45,491 nt of DNA. Origin: Burkholderiaceae bacterium (GTDB taxonomy: Bacteria > Pseudomonadota > Gammaproteobacteria > Burkholderiales > Burkholderiaceae_C). Position 1 is the first letter of the stretch; every line of letters begins with the position of its first letter. This document shows, piece after piece, positions 16,429 through 25,372 of this stretch. The notes beneath the pieces were generated by a model. The model saw only the letters and a program-made list of their open reading frames with translations. It was not told the origin of the DNA and ran no database searches. The stretch lies in NCBI GenBank assembly GCA_035280545.1, contig DATEFR010000066.1, forward strand, positions 1 through 45,491, written 5' to 3'. The position numbers and the translations under genes were made by a program.

Positions 16429-17547
16429 ATGACCCAGGCGCCCTTCGCTTCCGTCCCGGAACTGGTTGCCGAGATCGCGGCCGGCCGCATGGTCGTTCTG
16501 GTCGACGACGAGAGCCGCGAGAATGAAGGCGACGTCATCATCGCCGCCGACCATGTCACGCCGGAGGCGATCAACTTCATGGCCCGCCACTGCCGCGGGC
16601 TGATCTGCCTGACGCTGACGGCCGATCGCTGCGACCGCCTGCAGCTGCACCCGATGGTGGCGCGCAACGGCACCAAGCACGGCACCGCATTCACCGTCTC
16701 GATCGAGGCCGCCAGCGGGATCGACACTGGCATCTCTGCAGCGGACCGAGCCCGCACGATCCAGGTGGCCGTGGCGCCGGACGCCACCGCCGCATCGCTG
16801 GTGCAGCCGGGGCACGTGTTCCCGCTGCGGGCCGCCGAGGGCGGCGTGCTGATGCGGGCCGGTCACACCGAAGCAGGCTGCGATCTTGCACGCCTCGCCG
16901 GGCGCCAACCCGCCGCGGTGATCTGCGAGGTGATGAACGACGATGGCACGATGGCCCGGCTGCCCGACCTGATCACGTTCGCGGCAGAGCATGGCATCAA
17001 GCTCGGCACGATCGCGGACTTGATCCGCCATCGCAGCCGCCACGAGCACATGGTGGAGCGGGTCGGCGAGCGGCCCATGACCACACCCTACGGCCGCTTC
17101 CAGGCGCGCACCTATCGCGACCATTTCGGCGGCGTGCACCTGGCCCTCACGCTGGGCGAATGGTCGCCGACCGATCGGGTGCCGGTGCGCGTGCACGAAC
17201 CCCTCTCGGTGCTGGACCTGCTGGACAGTCACTCCGGCCAGCACTCGTGGCCGCTGCCGCTGGCCCTCCAGGCGATTCAGGCCGAGGGCCGCGGTGCTGC
17301 GCTGCTGCTCAACGCGGCGGAGTCGTCCGCCGATCTGCTGGCCGCACTCCTGGCGCCGAACGACCAGCCGCGCCGCATGTCCGGCTCACCCGAGGTGGAA
17401 CTGCGCACCTATGGCGTCGGGGCCCAGATCCTGCGCGACCTGGGCATCGCGCGCATGAAGGTGCTCGGCAATCCGCGCCGCTTCCCGAGCCTGGGCGGCT
17501 ACGGACTCGAGGTCGACACCTTCGTGCCGCCGCAGTCGGCGTCGTGA
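16429..17547 (+). CDS. ribB: 3,4-dihydroxy-2-butanone-4-phosphate synthase fused to a degenerate GTP-cyclohydrolase-II-like domain (RibBX type), 372 aa
   Basis: The N-terminal half carries RibB signatures ([46 protein letters not shown]). The C-terminal half aligns with RibA ([11 protein letters not shown] in place of VRVHSECLTGD) but contains no cysteine at all. AGGAG lies 6 nt before the ATG. Confidence 0.85.
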   Translation: MTQAPFASVPELVAEIAAGRMVVLVDDESRENEGDVIIAADHVTPEAINFMARHCRGLICLTLTADRCDRLQLHPMVARNGTKHGTAFTVSIEAASGIDTGISAADRARTIQVAVAPDATAASLVQPGHVFPLRAAEGGVLMRAGHTEAGCDLARLAGRQPAAVICEVMNDDGTMARLPDLITFAAEHGIKLGTIADLIRHRSRHEHMVERVGERPMTTPYGRFQARTYRDHFGGVHLALTLGEWSPTDRVPVRVHEPLSVLDLLDSHSGQHSWPLPLALQAIQAEGRGAALLLNAAESSADLLAALLAPNDQPRRMSGSPEVELRTYGVGAQILRDLGIARMKVLGNPRRFPSLGGYGLEVDTFVPPQSAS

Positions 17548-17556
17548 GGTGAACCT

Positions 17557-17575
17557 GCCGCGGCCGACCCGCGGC
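17557..17575. terminator. GC hairpin between convergent ribB and SDR genes (possible bidirectional terminator, no U tract)
   Basis: GCCGCGG-CCGAC-CCGCGGC fills almost the whole 29-nt convergent gap (17548-17576). Confidence 0.35.
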
Positions 17576-17576
17576 G

Positions 17577-18344
17577 TCACCAGCACACGAACCCGCCGTC
17601 GACGAGCAGATCGACGCCGGTGCAGAACGATGCCGCGCGGCTGACCAGGAACACCGCCGGGCCGACCATCTCGTCCACCGAGGCCATGCGCCCGAGCGGC
17701 GTGTCGCGCTCGAAGATCTTCACCTGCTCGGCCACTTCCGGGCGCAGGTTCATCGGCGTGGCGGTGTAGCCGGGGCTGATGCTGTTGACCCGGATGCCGC
17801 GGTCGGCCCACTCCATCGCCAGGCTCTTGCTCATGTGCATGACCGCCGCCTTGGAGCTGTTGTAGTGGGCTTGCAGCAGCCCGCGGTTGACGATCGAGCC
17901 GGACATGGACGCGATGTTGACGATCGCGCCCTTGCGGCGCGGCAGCATCACGCGCGCTTGCGCCTGGCAGCTGAGGAACACGCCGTCGACATTGATGGCG
18001 TGGACTCGACGCCACTGCTCGTAGGGCATGTCCTCGGCCGGCGCAGCGTTGGCGATGCCGGCGCAGTTCAGCCCGATGCTCAGCGCGCCGAGCTGCGATT
18101 CGATGGCCGCGACCGCGGCGGCGAGGTCGTCGGCCTTCGTCACGTCGCCCGCATGCACGAGCGAGCGCCGGCCCTGGGCCCGAATCCGCGCTGCGGTTTC
18201 GTCCAGGCCCGCAGCCTGCTGCGGCAGATCGAAGCAGGCCACATCGGCGCCCGCTTCGGCGAGGCCGACGGCCAGACGTTGGCCGATGCCGCTGCCGGCG
18301 CCGGTGACGAGGGCGACCTCGCCGTTCAGGGCGAACAGATCCAT
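17577..18344 (-). CDS. Short-chain dehydrogenase/reductase (SDR), polyol/sugar dehydrogenase-like, 255 aa
   Basis: It has TGAGSGIG, NCAGI and a YNSSK catalytic motif. AAGGAG lies 8 nt upstream of the ATG. It is the last gene of the minus-strand sugar operon. Confidence 0.85.
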   Translation of the reverse strand: MDLFALNGEVALVTGAGSGIGQRLAVGLAEAGADVACFDLPQQAAGLDETAARIRAQGRRSLVHAGDVTKADDLAAAVAAIESQLGALSIGLNCAGIANAAPAEDMPYEQWRRVHAINVDGVFLSCQAQARVMLPRRKGAIVNIASMSGSIVNRGLLQAHYNSSKAAVMHMSKSLAMEWADRGIRVNSISPGYTATPMNLRPEVAEQVKIFERDTPLGRMASVDEMVGPAVFLVSRAASFCTGVDLLVDGGFVCW

Positions 18345-18396
18345 GATGCGTCTCCTTGGTTTCGGGTTGCCGCGCGCCTGGCGCGGCGGTGCAATC

Positions 18397-19407
18397 TCAG
18401 GGCTCGGCCAGCATGCGCCGCCCGGTGTGCAGATCGGTGATCAAGGTGCTGAGCCAGCCGCCGCGCAGCGCCCCGCGGATCGCCTCGAACTTGCGCTTGC
18501 CGCCCGCCACGCCGATGCGCCGGCGCGCACGCCGGATCTGCTGGGTCGAAATGCCGATCACGCGCTTGTCGAAGTCGGTCTCGACCGGACGGCCCTGCGG
18601 GTCGTAGAAGCGCATGCAGACGTTGCCGACGGCACCCGCACGCTTCAGGTCGGCGAGGTCCTGATCGCTGAACACGTTGCCGCTCTCGCGCAGCATGCGC
18701 GAAGGCGGGATCGCGCCTATGCCCATCAGCACGGCCGAGAGCTCGTCGCAGCGTTCCACCGCCTCGCGGCACGATGGGTCGGCGAGCAGCACCTTCTTCG
18801 CGGCAGGCGTTGCGACCACGCCGGGCGCCAGCATGAAGACCGGCTCGGCCTTGGCGAGTTGCGCCAGGCGCTCGGTCAGCCGCGTCGCAAAGCGCTGCGC
18901 GCCCGGCACGCCGACACCGCCGAGCACCTGCACGACGCTCTGGGTCGCACCCGCGCCCATCGGCCGCATCGCGTTGACGGCGGCCAGCAGCGTCGAGCTC
19001 CACGACGACACGCCGATCGATTCGAACGACGGCACCATCAGCTCGAGATAGGCCGCGACGGTGGAGGCGAGCGCGCGCGACATGGCCTCGTCGTCGCGCA
19101 GCGCGGCATCGTCGACCTCGACCAGGATCACCTGGTCCAGCCCGTATCGCTCCTCCAACTGCTGCTCGAGTTCGGCGTGCACCCCCTCGGGGACATGCAC
19201 CGTGATGCGAACGATGCCGAGCTGCTCGGCCTGCTTCAGCAGCCGCGACACGCGCGCCTGCGACAAGCCGAGCTGCTCCGCGATGCGCACCTGGCCGAAG
19301 CCGCGCTCGTGGTAGAGGCTCGCAACGCGCGTGGTCAACCGCAGCAGGTCGGGGGTGGTCGAGTTTTCCGTCGCCATCGATGGAATTGTCGCCGCGTCTT
19401 CGCTCAT
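18397..19407 (-). CDS. SorC/DeoR-type sugar-binding transcriptional regulator, 336 aa
   Basis: The N-terminal HTH reads RIAEQLGLSQARVSRLLKQAEQLGIVRI, followed by a SorC sugar-binding domain (…VGVSSWSSTL…, …GVAGGKRKFEAIRGALRGGWLSTLITD). The ATG at 19407 overlaps the ATPase stop (ATGA). An alternative ATG lies at 19377. Confidence 0.8.
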   Translation of the reverse strand: MSEDAATIPSMATENSTTPDLLRLTTRVASLYHERGFGQVRIAEQLGLSQARVSRLLKQAEQLGIVRITVHVPEGVHAELEQQLEERYGLDQVILVEVDDAALRDDEAMSRALASTVAAYLELMVPSFESIGVSSWSSTLLAAVNAMRPMGAGATQSVVQVLGGVGVPGAQRFATRLTERLAQLAKAEPVFMLAPGVVATPAAKKVLLADPSCREAVERCDELSAVLMGIGAIPPSRMLRESGNVFSDQDLADLKRAGAVGNVCMRFYDPQGRPVETDFDKRVIGISTQQIRRARRRIGVAGGKRKFEAIRGALRGGWLSTLITDLHTGRRMLAEP

Positions 19408-20915
19408 GCAACTGCCAGCTCCATCACGCGTTGGCTGCTCGCCTCGGCCCGCGGCAGCGTGCCGCGGATCTCGCCGCGCGCCAGCACGATCACGCGGTGC
19501 GACAGCCCGAGCACCTCGTCGAGGTCGGAGCTGACCACGATCACGGCGGCCCCTTCGCGCGCGAGGCCGGCGATGACGTCGTAGATCTGCGCACGCGCGC
19601 CCACATCGACGCCGCGCGTCGGCTCGTCGAGGATGATCACGCGCGGTCGGCGGGCGATCCACTTCGCGATGACCACCTTCTGCTGATTACCGCCTGACAG
19701 CGAACCGGCCGATTGCCCGGCACCGCCCTTGATGCGCAGCCGCCGGATCAGGCCGTCGGCGAACGCGACGGCACGCGAAGGCTTGAGCCAGCCGCGCGGC
19801 GCGACCTCTTCGAAGTTGCTGTACGCCAGATTTTCCGCAATGGAGTGCTGCAGCACGACGCCGAGTGCCTTGCGATCGTCCGGCACCATCACGAGATTTG
19901 CGCGGATCGCATCGGCCGGCGAACGCAGCACGAGGCGCTGGCCGGCCACGGCGATCTCGCCCGCGGCGATCGGATCGGCGCCGGCGATGGCGCGCATCGC
20001 CTCGGTCCGCCCGGCACCCGCGATGCCGGCGAAGCCGAGGATCTCGCCGGCCCGGACGTCGAAGCTCAGGTCGCGGAAGCTGCCGTCGGGCGCCGTCAAG
20101 CCGCGCACGGCAAGCGCCACCGGCGCGTCCGGCGCCGGCATCGGCACTTCCGGAAAGAGCCGGTCCACGCTGCGCCCCACCATGTCGCGCACGAGCTGAG
20201 CTGGTGGCACCTGCGCGGTCTCATGGCTGGCCACGTGCACGCCATCGCGCAGCACCAGCACACGATCGCAGATGCGCGCGATCTCGGCCAGCCGGTGGCT
20301 CACGTAGATGAAGGACACGCCCTCGGCCTTCAGCCGGCGGACCTGCTCGAACAGGGCTTCAGTCTCTTCGTCGCCGAGGGCGGCGGTCGGTTCGTCCAGG
20401 ATCAGCAGCCGGGCATCCAGCGTCAGCGCCTTGGCGATCTCCACCTGCTGCTGCGCCGCGACGCGCAGGCTGCCGACCTTGCGCGTGGCCGACACGTCCA
20501 GGCCGAGACGATGCAGCTGCGCCTGGGCGCGTTCGATCATCGCGGCCCGGTCGACCCGCCCGTTCTTCATCGGCAGGCGGCCGACGAACACGTTCTCGGC
20601 GATCGTCAGCTGCGGCAGCAACCGCATCTCCTGGTGGATCAGCCCGATGCCGGCATGCAGCGCGTCGGCGGGAGCGGCCGGCGCGTAGGGCCGGCCGCGC
20701 CACCACATGCTTCCGCCCGGGTCGGGCGCGACCAGCCCGGCGATCAACGACGACAGCGTCGACTTCCCGGCGCCGTTCTCACCGAGCAGTGCAACGCATT
20801 CGCCCGGCCGCACGTCCAGGTCGACCGCGCGCAGCACGGTCACGGCGCCGTACGTCTTGCCGACGTTGCGCACGACCAGGCCGTCGTGCTCGACCGAACG
20901 ACCGGGCGTGTTCAT
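19404..20915 (-). CDS. Sugar ABC transporter ATP-binding protein with two ABC domains (RbsA-like), 503 aa
   Basis: It has Walker A GENGAGKST, LSGGNQQKV signatures and a duplicated ABC cassette. Confidence 0.9.
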   Translation of the reverse strand: MNTPGRSVEHDGLVVRNVGKTYGAVTVLRAVDLDVRPGECVALLGENGAGKSTLSSLIAGLVAPDPGGSMWWRGRPYAPAAPADALHAGIGLIHQEMRLLPQLTIAENVFVGRLPMKNGRVDRAAMIERAQAQLHRLGLDVSATRKVGSLRVAAQQQVEIAKALTLDARLLILDEPTAALGDEETEALFEQVRRLKAEGVSFIYVSHRLAEIARICDRVLVLRDGVHVASHETAQVPPAQLVRDMVGRSVDRLFPEVPMPAPDAPVALAVRGLTAPDGSFRDLSFDVRAGEILGFAGIAGAGRTEAMRAIAGADPIAAGEIAVAGQRLVLRSPADAIRANLVMVPDDRKALGVVLQHSIAENLAYSNFEEVAPRGWLKPSRAVAFADGLIRRLRIKGGAGQSAGSLSGGNQQKVVIAKWIARRPRVIILDEPTRGVDVGARAQIYDVIAGLAREGAAVIVVSSDLDEVLGLSHRVIVLARGEIRGTLPRAEASSQRVMELAVA

Positions 20916-20918
20916 CGA

Positions 20919-21854
20919 TCAGGGATGGGCGCTGAGGAACTGCTCGACATTGGCCTTGGTCGTGACCTTGGCGTCGGTCGGCTGGTCCTTGGGCACGGTC
21001 TTGCCGGCGAGCACCGAGGTCACGGCATCGACCGCCATGCGGCCCATCGTGAAGGTCTGCTGGGTCGCGGTCGCGTCCAGCGAACCGCCTTGCACGGCCT
21101 TCAGGCCGCCGACGTCGCCATCGAAGCCGACCACCCACACTTTCTGCGCCGGCTTCGCGAGCTTGACGGCCTGTGCCGCGCCGAGCGCGATGCCGTCGGC
21201 CTGGCCGAGGATGATGTTGACCGAGGGGTCGCGCTGCAGCATGTCCTGCGCGATCTTGTTGCCCTCGTCGGCCGACCAGCGCTCGGTCCACTGCTCCTGC
21301 GTGACCTTGATGCCGCAGGAGGCCAGGCCCTGCGTGAAGCCCTTGGTGCGATCGACCTCCGGCGTGGTGCCGCGCTGGCCGTGGATCATCACGGCCTTGC
21401 CCTGGCCCTTGGTCTGCTCGCAGATCCACTTGCCCAACTCGGTGGTCGCGGCGACGGACTGGCCGTAGATGAAGGTGTCGCCGGGGGCGCCGTCGGCATT
21501 GCGGTCCACGTTGATCACCGGGATCTTCGCTGCGCGTGCCGCCTTGACCGGCACGGCCGCAGCCGTGGCGCCGGCCGGGATGTAGATCAGCGCGTCGATC
21601 TTCTGCGCGATCAGGTCCTGGATCTGGTTGACCTGCGTCGTCGCATCGCCCTTCGCGTCGACGGTGATGACCGTGTAGCCCTTCTCCTTGCCGTAGGCCT
21701 CGACCGACTGCTTGATCATGTTGAAGAACTCGGCCTGCAGGTTCGCGACCGCCAGGCCGATCTTCTTGCCCTGGGCCTGCGCGAAGGCGCCTTGCGCCGC
21801 AGTCAGCGTGATACCGGCGATCGCGACGAGCGCGATCTTGTTGAGTTTGAACAT
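20919..21854 (-). CDS. Periplasmic monosaccharide/polyol-binding protein (RbsB-like, type I PBP), 311 aa
   Basis: The signal peptide is MFKLNKIALVAIAGITLTAAQGAFA. The fold pattern is typical: KIGLAVANLQAEFF...VDAKGDATTQVNQIQDLIAQKIDALI...INVDR. Confidence 0.85.
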   Translation of the reverse strand: MFKLNKIALVAIAGITLTAAQGAFAQAQGKKIGLAVANLQAEFFNMIKQSVEAYGKEKGYTVITVDAKGDATTQVNQIQDLIAQKIDALIYIPAGATAAAVPVKAARAAKIPVINVDRNADGAPGDTFIYGQSVAATTELGKWICEQTKGQGKAVMIHGQRGTTPEVDRTKGFTQGLASCGIKVTQEQWTERWSADEGNKIAQDMLQRDPSVNIILGQADGIALGAAQAVKLAKPAQKVWVVGFDGDVGGLKAVQGGSLDATATQQTFTMGRMAVDAVTSVLAGKTVPKDQPTDAKVTTKANVEQFLSAHP

Positions 21855-21893
21855 GACGATGTCTCCTCTTTTGGGGTGGTGGGGGAAAGGAAG

Positions 21894-22934
21894 TCAGCGC
21901 GACCTGCGCTTGTTGGCGTCGACCATCACCGCGAGCACGATGACGACGCCGATGACGATCTGCTGGACGAACGGCGAGGTGCCGATCAGGTTCAGGCCGT
22001 TGCGCAGCACGCCTATCGTCAGCACGCCCATCAGCGTGCCGAAGATCGAACCGACGCCGCCGGCGAGGCTCGCCCCGCCGATCACGACCGCGGCGATCGT
22101 GTCGAGCTCGTAGCCGAGCCCGCCGCTGGGCTGCGACGAGTCGAGCCGGGTCGACATCACGACACCCGCGAGGCCGGCGAGCACCCCGCACACGGTGTAG
22201 ACGCCGAGCGTCATGCGCTTGACCGGTATGCCCGCGAGCCGCGCGACCTCGCTGCTGCCGCCGATCGCGTACAGCGCACGGCCACCGGCGCGGTATTTCA
22301 TGTAGACCGCCGCGACCGCCGTCAGCACCAGGAACAGCGCCACCGTGACCGACAGGAAACCGAAGTGGCGCTCGATCGACAGCGCGGAAAACCAGTCGGG
22401 GTAACCGACGATCTGGCTGCCGTCGGTGATCAGGTTGGCCAGCCCGCGTGCGATCGACATGGTCGCGAGCGTGGCGATGAACGCCGGCAGGTTGGCGCGC
22501 GTGATCAGCGCGCCCGAAACTGCACCGCATGCGGCTCCGACCAGCAGCGCTGCGACGATGGCCAGCGGCATCGGCACGCCGTGGACGTTGCTCAGCCAGC
22601 CCATCGCCATCATCGAGACCGCGAGCACCGAGCCGACCGACAGGTCGATGCCGCCGATCACGATGACCGCCGTCATGCCCAGCGCCATGATGCCCAGCAC
22701 GGTCAGCTGGTCGATGACGTTGAGCAGGTTGCGCACCGAGAGGAAGGTGTCGGTCGCCAGCGAGAAGACGATGCACAGCGTGACGAGGCTGAGCAGCGGA
22801 ATATGGTCGGACAGGTGCTCGTACCAGGCGACGGCCGCGGGCGGTGCCCCGCCGGTCTCGGCCGTGCGCACCGGCGCATGCGCCGTGGAACGGGCAGTGG
22901 AATCGATCGTGGCCATGTCGTCTCCGTCGGTCAT
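21894..22934 (-). CDS. Sugar ABC transporter permease (RbsC-like), 346 aa
   Basis: It is a multi-pass hydrophobic protein (…GGIDLSVGSVLA…, …RALYAIGGSSEVARLAGIPV…). The ATG at 22934 overlaps the kinase stop (ATGA). The long 5' extension of track ORF 21894..23567 is rejected. Confidence 0.85.
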   Translation of the reverse strand: MTDGDDMATIDSTARSTAHAPVRTAETGGAPPAAVAWYEHLSDHIPLLSLVTLCIVFSLATDTFLSVRNLLNVIDQLTVLGIMALGMTAVIVIGGIDLSVGSVLAVSMMAMGWLSNVHGVPMPLAIVAALLVGAACGAVSGALITRANLPAFIATLATMSIARGLANLITDGSQIVGYPDWFSALSIERHFGFLSVTVALFLVLTAVAAVYMKYRAGGRALYAIGGSSEVARLAGIPVKRMTLGVYTVCGVLAGLAGVVMSTRLDSSQPSGGLGYELDTIAAVVIGGASLAGGVGSIFGTLMGVLTIGVLRNGLNLIGTSPFVQQIVIGVVIVLAVMVDANKRRSR

Positions 22935-24403
22935 GCGCCGGCTCCGCCCTGCAGGCGCGCACGCGCCACCGCGTCGGCCCAGGCGCGGCGCGCAGCGCCG
23001 GTTGCTGCGCCGGGGTCCACCGGCACCTGTGTGATCTGCTGGGCGCGCGGCAGGTCGCGCAAGGCCGGCATGTCCCACAGCCCGACCCCGACACCGGCCA
23101 GGTGTGCCACGCCGAGTGCCGAAAGCTCGGCATCGGCACAGTGCACGACCGGCCGGCCGATGTAGGCCGCGAGCAGTGCGCGCAACGCCGGGTTGCGCGA
23201 GGGCCCGCCGTCCACGAGCAGGCGGCGCAGGCCCGAAACGCTCGCATCCATCGCTTCCATGACGTCGGCCACCTGGTGGGCGATCGAGTCGAGCGCGGCC
23301 GCCAGGATCTGCGCCCGGCCGGTCGCGAGCGTGAGGCCGCTGACGAGGCCGACCGCGCGCGCATCCCAGTACGGCGCTCCCAGCCCGCTGAAAGCCGGCA
23401 CCAGGCACAGCCCACTCGCCCGCGCGCCGGCGGCTTCGGCGGCGGCCGCTTCGGGATCCAGGCCGAAGAGATCGGCCGCCCATCGCAGCGTCGCACCGGC
23501 CGAGCGGATGTTGCCCTCGAGCGCCGGCGACGGGCCCTGCCCCGTGTCCCAGGCGATCGTCAGGCACAAGCCGGGATGGATCTGCTGCGGGTCGTGCGTC
23601 AGGCCCATCACCGATGAGCCGGTGCCCATGGTCGCCTTCACGTCGCCGGGCGCATGGGCGCCGTGCGCGAAGAGCGCGGCATGCGAATCGGCCATCACCG
23701 CGTGCACCGGCACGCCGGCGAGCGTGGGGTGCAGCGATGCGCCGTCGCCGCGCCGTGCGAGCGAAGGACGCACCGGCGGCAGCGCAGCCCGCGGGATGTC
23801 GAACAGCTGCAGCAGCTCGTCGTCCCAGCGGCCGCGCCGCACGTCGAGCAGCTGCGTGCGCGATGCGTTGCCGACCTCGATGCCGTCATCGCCGCTCAGC
23901 CGGGCCAGCAGCCACGCGTCTATCGTGCCGGCGCGCAGCGCGCCGCTGCGCGCGGCCTGCCGCTCGGGGTCGATGCGGTCGAGCAGCCAGCGGATCTTCA
24001 GCGCCGAGAACATCGGGTCCAGCGGCAAGCCCGAACGCTGGCGCACCAGCGGCCCGGCACCTTCGGCGGCGAAGCGATCGCGCAACTCGACGGTGCGCTG
24101 GTCCTGCCAGCTCAGCAGCGGCGTCAGGGCGTGCGCGCCGTCGCGTTGCCAGACCAGCGCCGACTCGCGCTGCGTCGACAACCCGACGGCGACGACGCGC
24201 ATGCGGTCGTTTTGTGCAAGGCATTGAGCGACGGCGGCACGCACGCTGGCCCAGATGTCCTCGGCGCTCTGTTCGACCCAGCCCGGTTGCGGGTAACGCT
24301 CGCCGACTGGTGCCGCCGCCTTCGCGACGATGCGCCCCAGCGCATCGACCAGCACGCACTTGGTCGCGCTGGTGCCCTGGTCGATCGCAAGCACGTGGTC
24401 CAT
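22931..24403 (-). CDS. FGGY-family carbohydrate kinase (glycerol/xylulose-kinase-like), 490 aa
   Basis: The N-terminal phosphate-1 motif is LAIDQGTSATKCVL, followed by GWVEQSAEDIW and a C-terminal VDGGPSRNPAL block. Confidence 0.85.
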   Translation of the reverse strand: MDHVLAIDQGTSATKCVLVDALGRIVAKAAAPVGERYPQPGWVEQSAEDIWASVRAAVAQCLAQNDRMRVVAVGLSTQRESALVWQRDGAHALTPLLSWQDQRTVELRDRFAAEGAGPLVRQRSGLPLDPMFSALKIRWLLDRIDPERQAARSGALRAGTIDAWLLARLSGDDGIEVGNASRTQLLDVRRGRWDDELLQLFDIPRAALPPVRPSLARRGDGASLHPTLAGVPVHAVMADSHAALFAHGAHAPGDVKATMGTGSSVMGLTHDPQQIHPGLCLTIAWDTGQGPSPALEGNIRSAGATLRWAADLFGLDPEAAAAEAAGARASGLCLVPAFSGLGAPYWDARAVGLVSGLTLATGRAQILAAALDSIAHQVADVMEAMDASVSGLRRLLVDGGPSRNPALRALLAAYIGRPVVHCADAELSALGVAHLAGVGVGLWDMPALRDLPRAQQITQVPVDPGAATGAARRAWADAVARARLQGGAGA

Positions 24404-24421
24404 GGCGTGGTCGCTGCGAGG

Positions 24422-25372
24422 TCAGTGAGTCTGCAGCAGGTCGTGCGCGCGTTCGGCGATGTTCGCGGCCGTGAGCCCGAAGTGCTCGAACAGATCCGAC
24501 GCACTGCCGGTCGGCGCGAAGCCGGTGACACCGAGGATGCGCATGCGGGTCGGGTGCTGTTGCGACACGAGTTCGGCGACCGCCGAGCCGAGACCGCCCT
24601 GCACCACCGCTTCTTCGACCGTCACGATGCCGCGCGTCTCGCGCGCGGCGGCGAGGATCGTCGCCTCGTCCAGCGGCTTGACCGATGCAGCGTTGATCAC
24701 CCGCGCCTCGACGCCTTGCTGCGCGAGCCGCTGCGCGGCGTCGAGTGCGCGCGAGACCATCGTGCCGATCGCGACGATCGTCACGTCGTCACCGCGGCGC
24801 AAGACGCGGGCGCGACCGAGCTCGAAAGCCTGCCCTTCGGGAGACACCGCCGGCACCTTGGTCCGGCCGATGCGCAGGAAACAAGGCCGGTTCGCGGCGA
24901 CGGCCCAACGCAGCGCGGCACGTGTCTCGGCCGGGTCTGCGGGGACGACCACCGCGAGCTCGTCGATCGCGCGCATCCAGGCCAGGTCCTCGATCGAGTG
25001 GTGCGTGGGCCCGAGTTCGCCATACGCCATGCCGGGGCTCATGCCGCACAGCACGACCGGAAAGCCCGAGTACGCGACGTCGGCCTTGATCTGCTCGAGC
25101 GAGCGGCCGGTCAGGAACGGCGAGGCCGCGCACACGAAGGGACGCAAGCCGCCGTTGGCCAACCCCGCGGCAACGCCGACCATGTTCTGCTCGGCAATGC
25201 CGACGTTGACGAGCCGTTCCGGAAAGGCACGGCGGAACGCGATGAGATTGCTCGAGCCGACCGAATCGTTGCAGACCGCGACGATGCGCGGGTCGGCCTG
25301 CGCCAGCGAGATGAGTTCCTCGGCAAACGCGACCCGGCAGTCGAAGCCGCTGCTGCTGTCTTGTTTGCTCAC
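24422..25372 (-). CDS. Transketolase, C-terminal (pyrimidine-binding) subunit, 316 aa
   Basis: The sequence …FPERLVNVGIAEQNMVGVAAGLA… and …GPTHHSIEDLAWMRAI… is typical. The GTG start at 25372 overlaps the stop of the N-terminal subunit (GTGA), with AAGGAG 5 nt upstream. Confidence 0.85.
   Translation of the reverse strand: MSKQDSSSGFDCRVAFAEELISLAQADPRIVAVCNDSVGSSNLIAFRRAFPERLVNVGIAEQNMVGVAAGLANGGLRPFVCAASPFLTGRSLEQIKADVAYSGFPVVLCGMSPGMAYGELGPTHHSIEDLAWMRAIDELAVVVPADPAETRAALRWAVAANRPCFLRIGRTKVPAVSPEGQAFELGRARVLRRGDDVTIVAIGTMVSRALDAAQRLAQQGVEARVINAASVKPLDEATILAAARETRGIVTVEEAVVQGGLGSAVAELVSQQHPTRMRILGVTGFAPTGSASDLFEHFGLTAANIAERAHDLLQTH

Noticed and set aside
19713-23496. Long ORFs 19713..23165 (+, 1150 aa) and 20779..23496 (-, 905 aa) across the ABC-transporter genes
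   Set aside because: Both are out of frame with, or antisense to, four well-supported genes (ATPase, binding protein, permease, kinase). They translate to Arg/Gly/Asp-rich sequence without domains.
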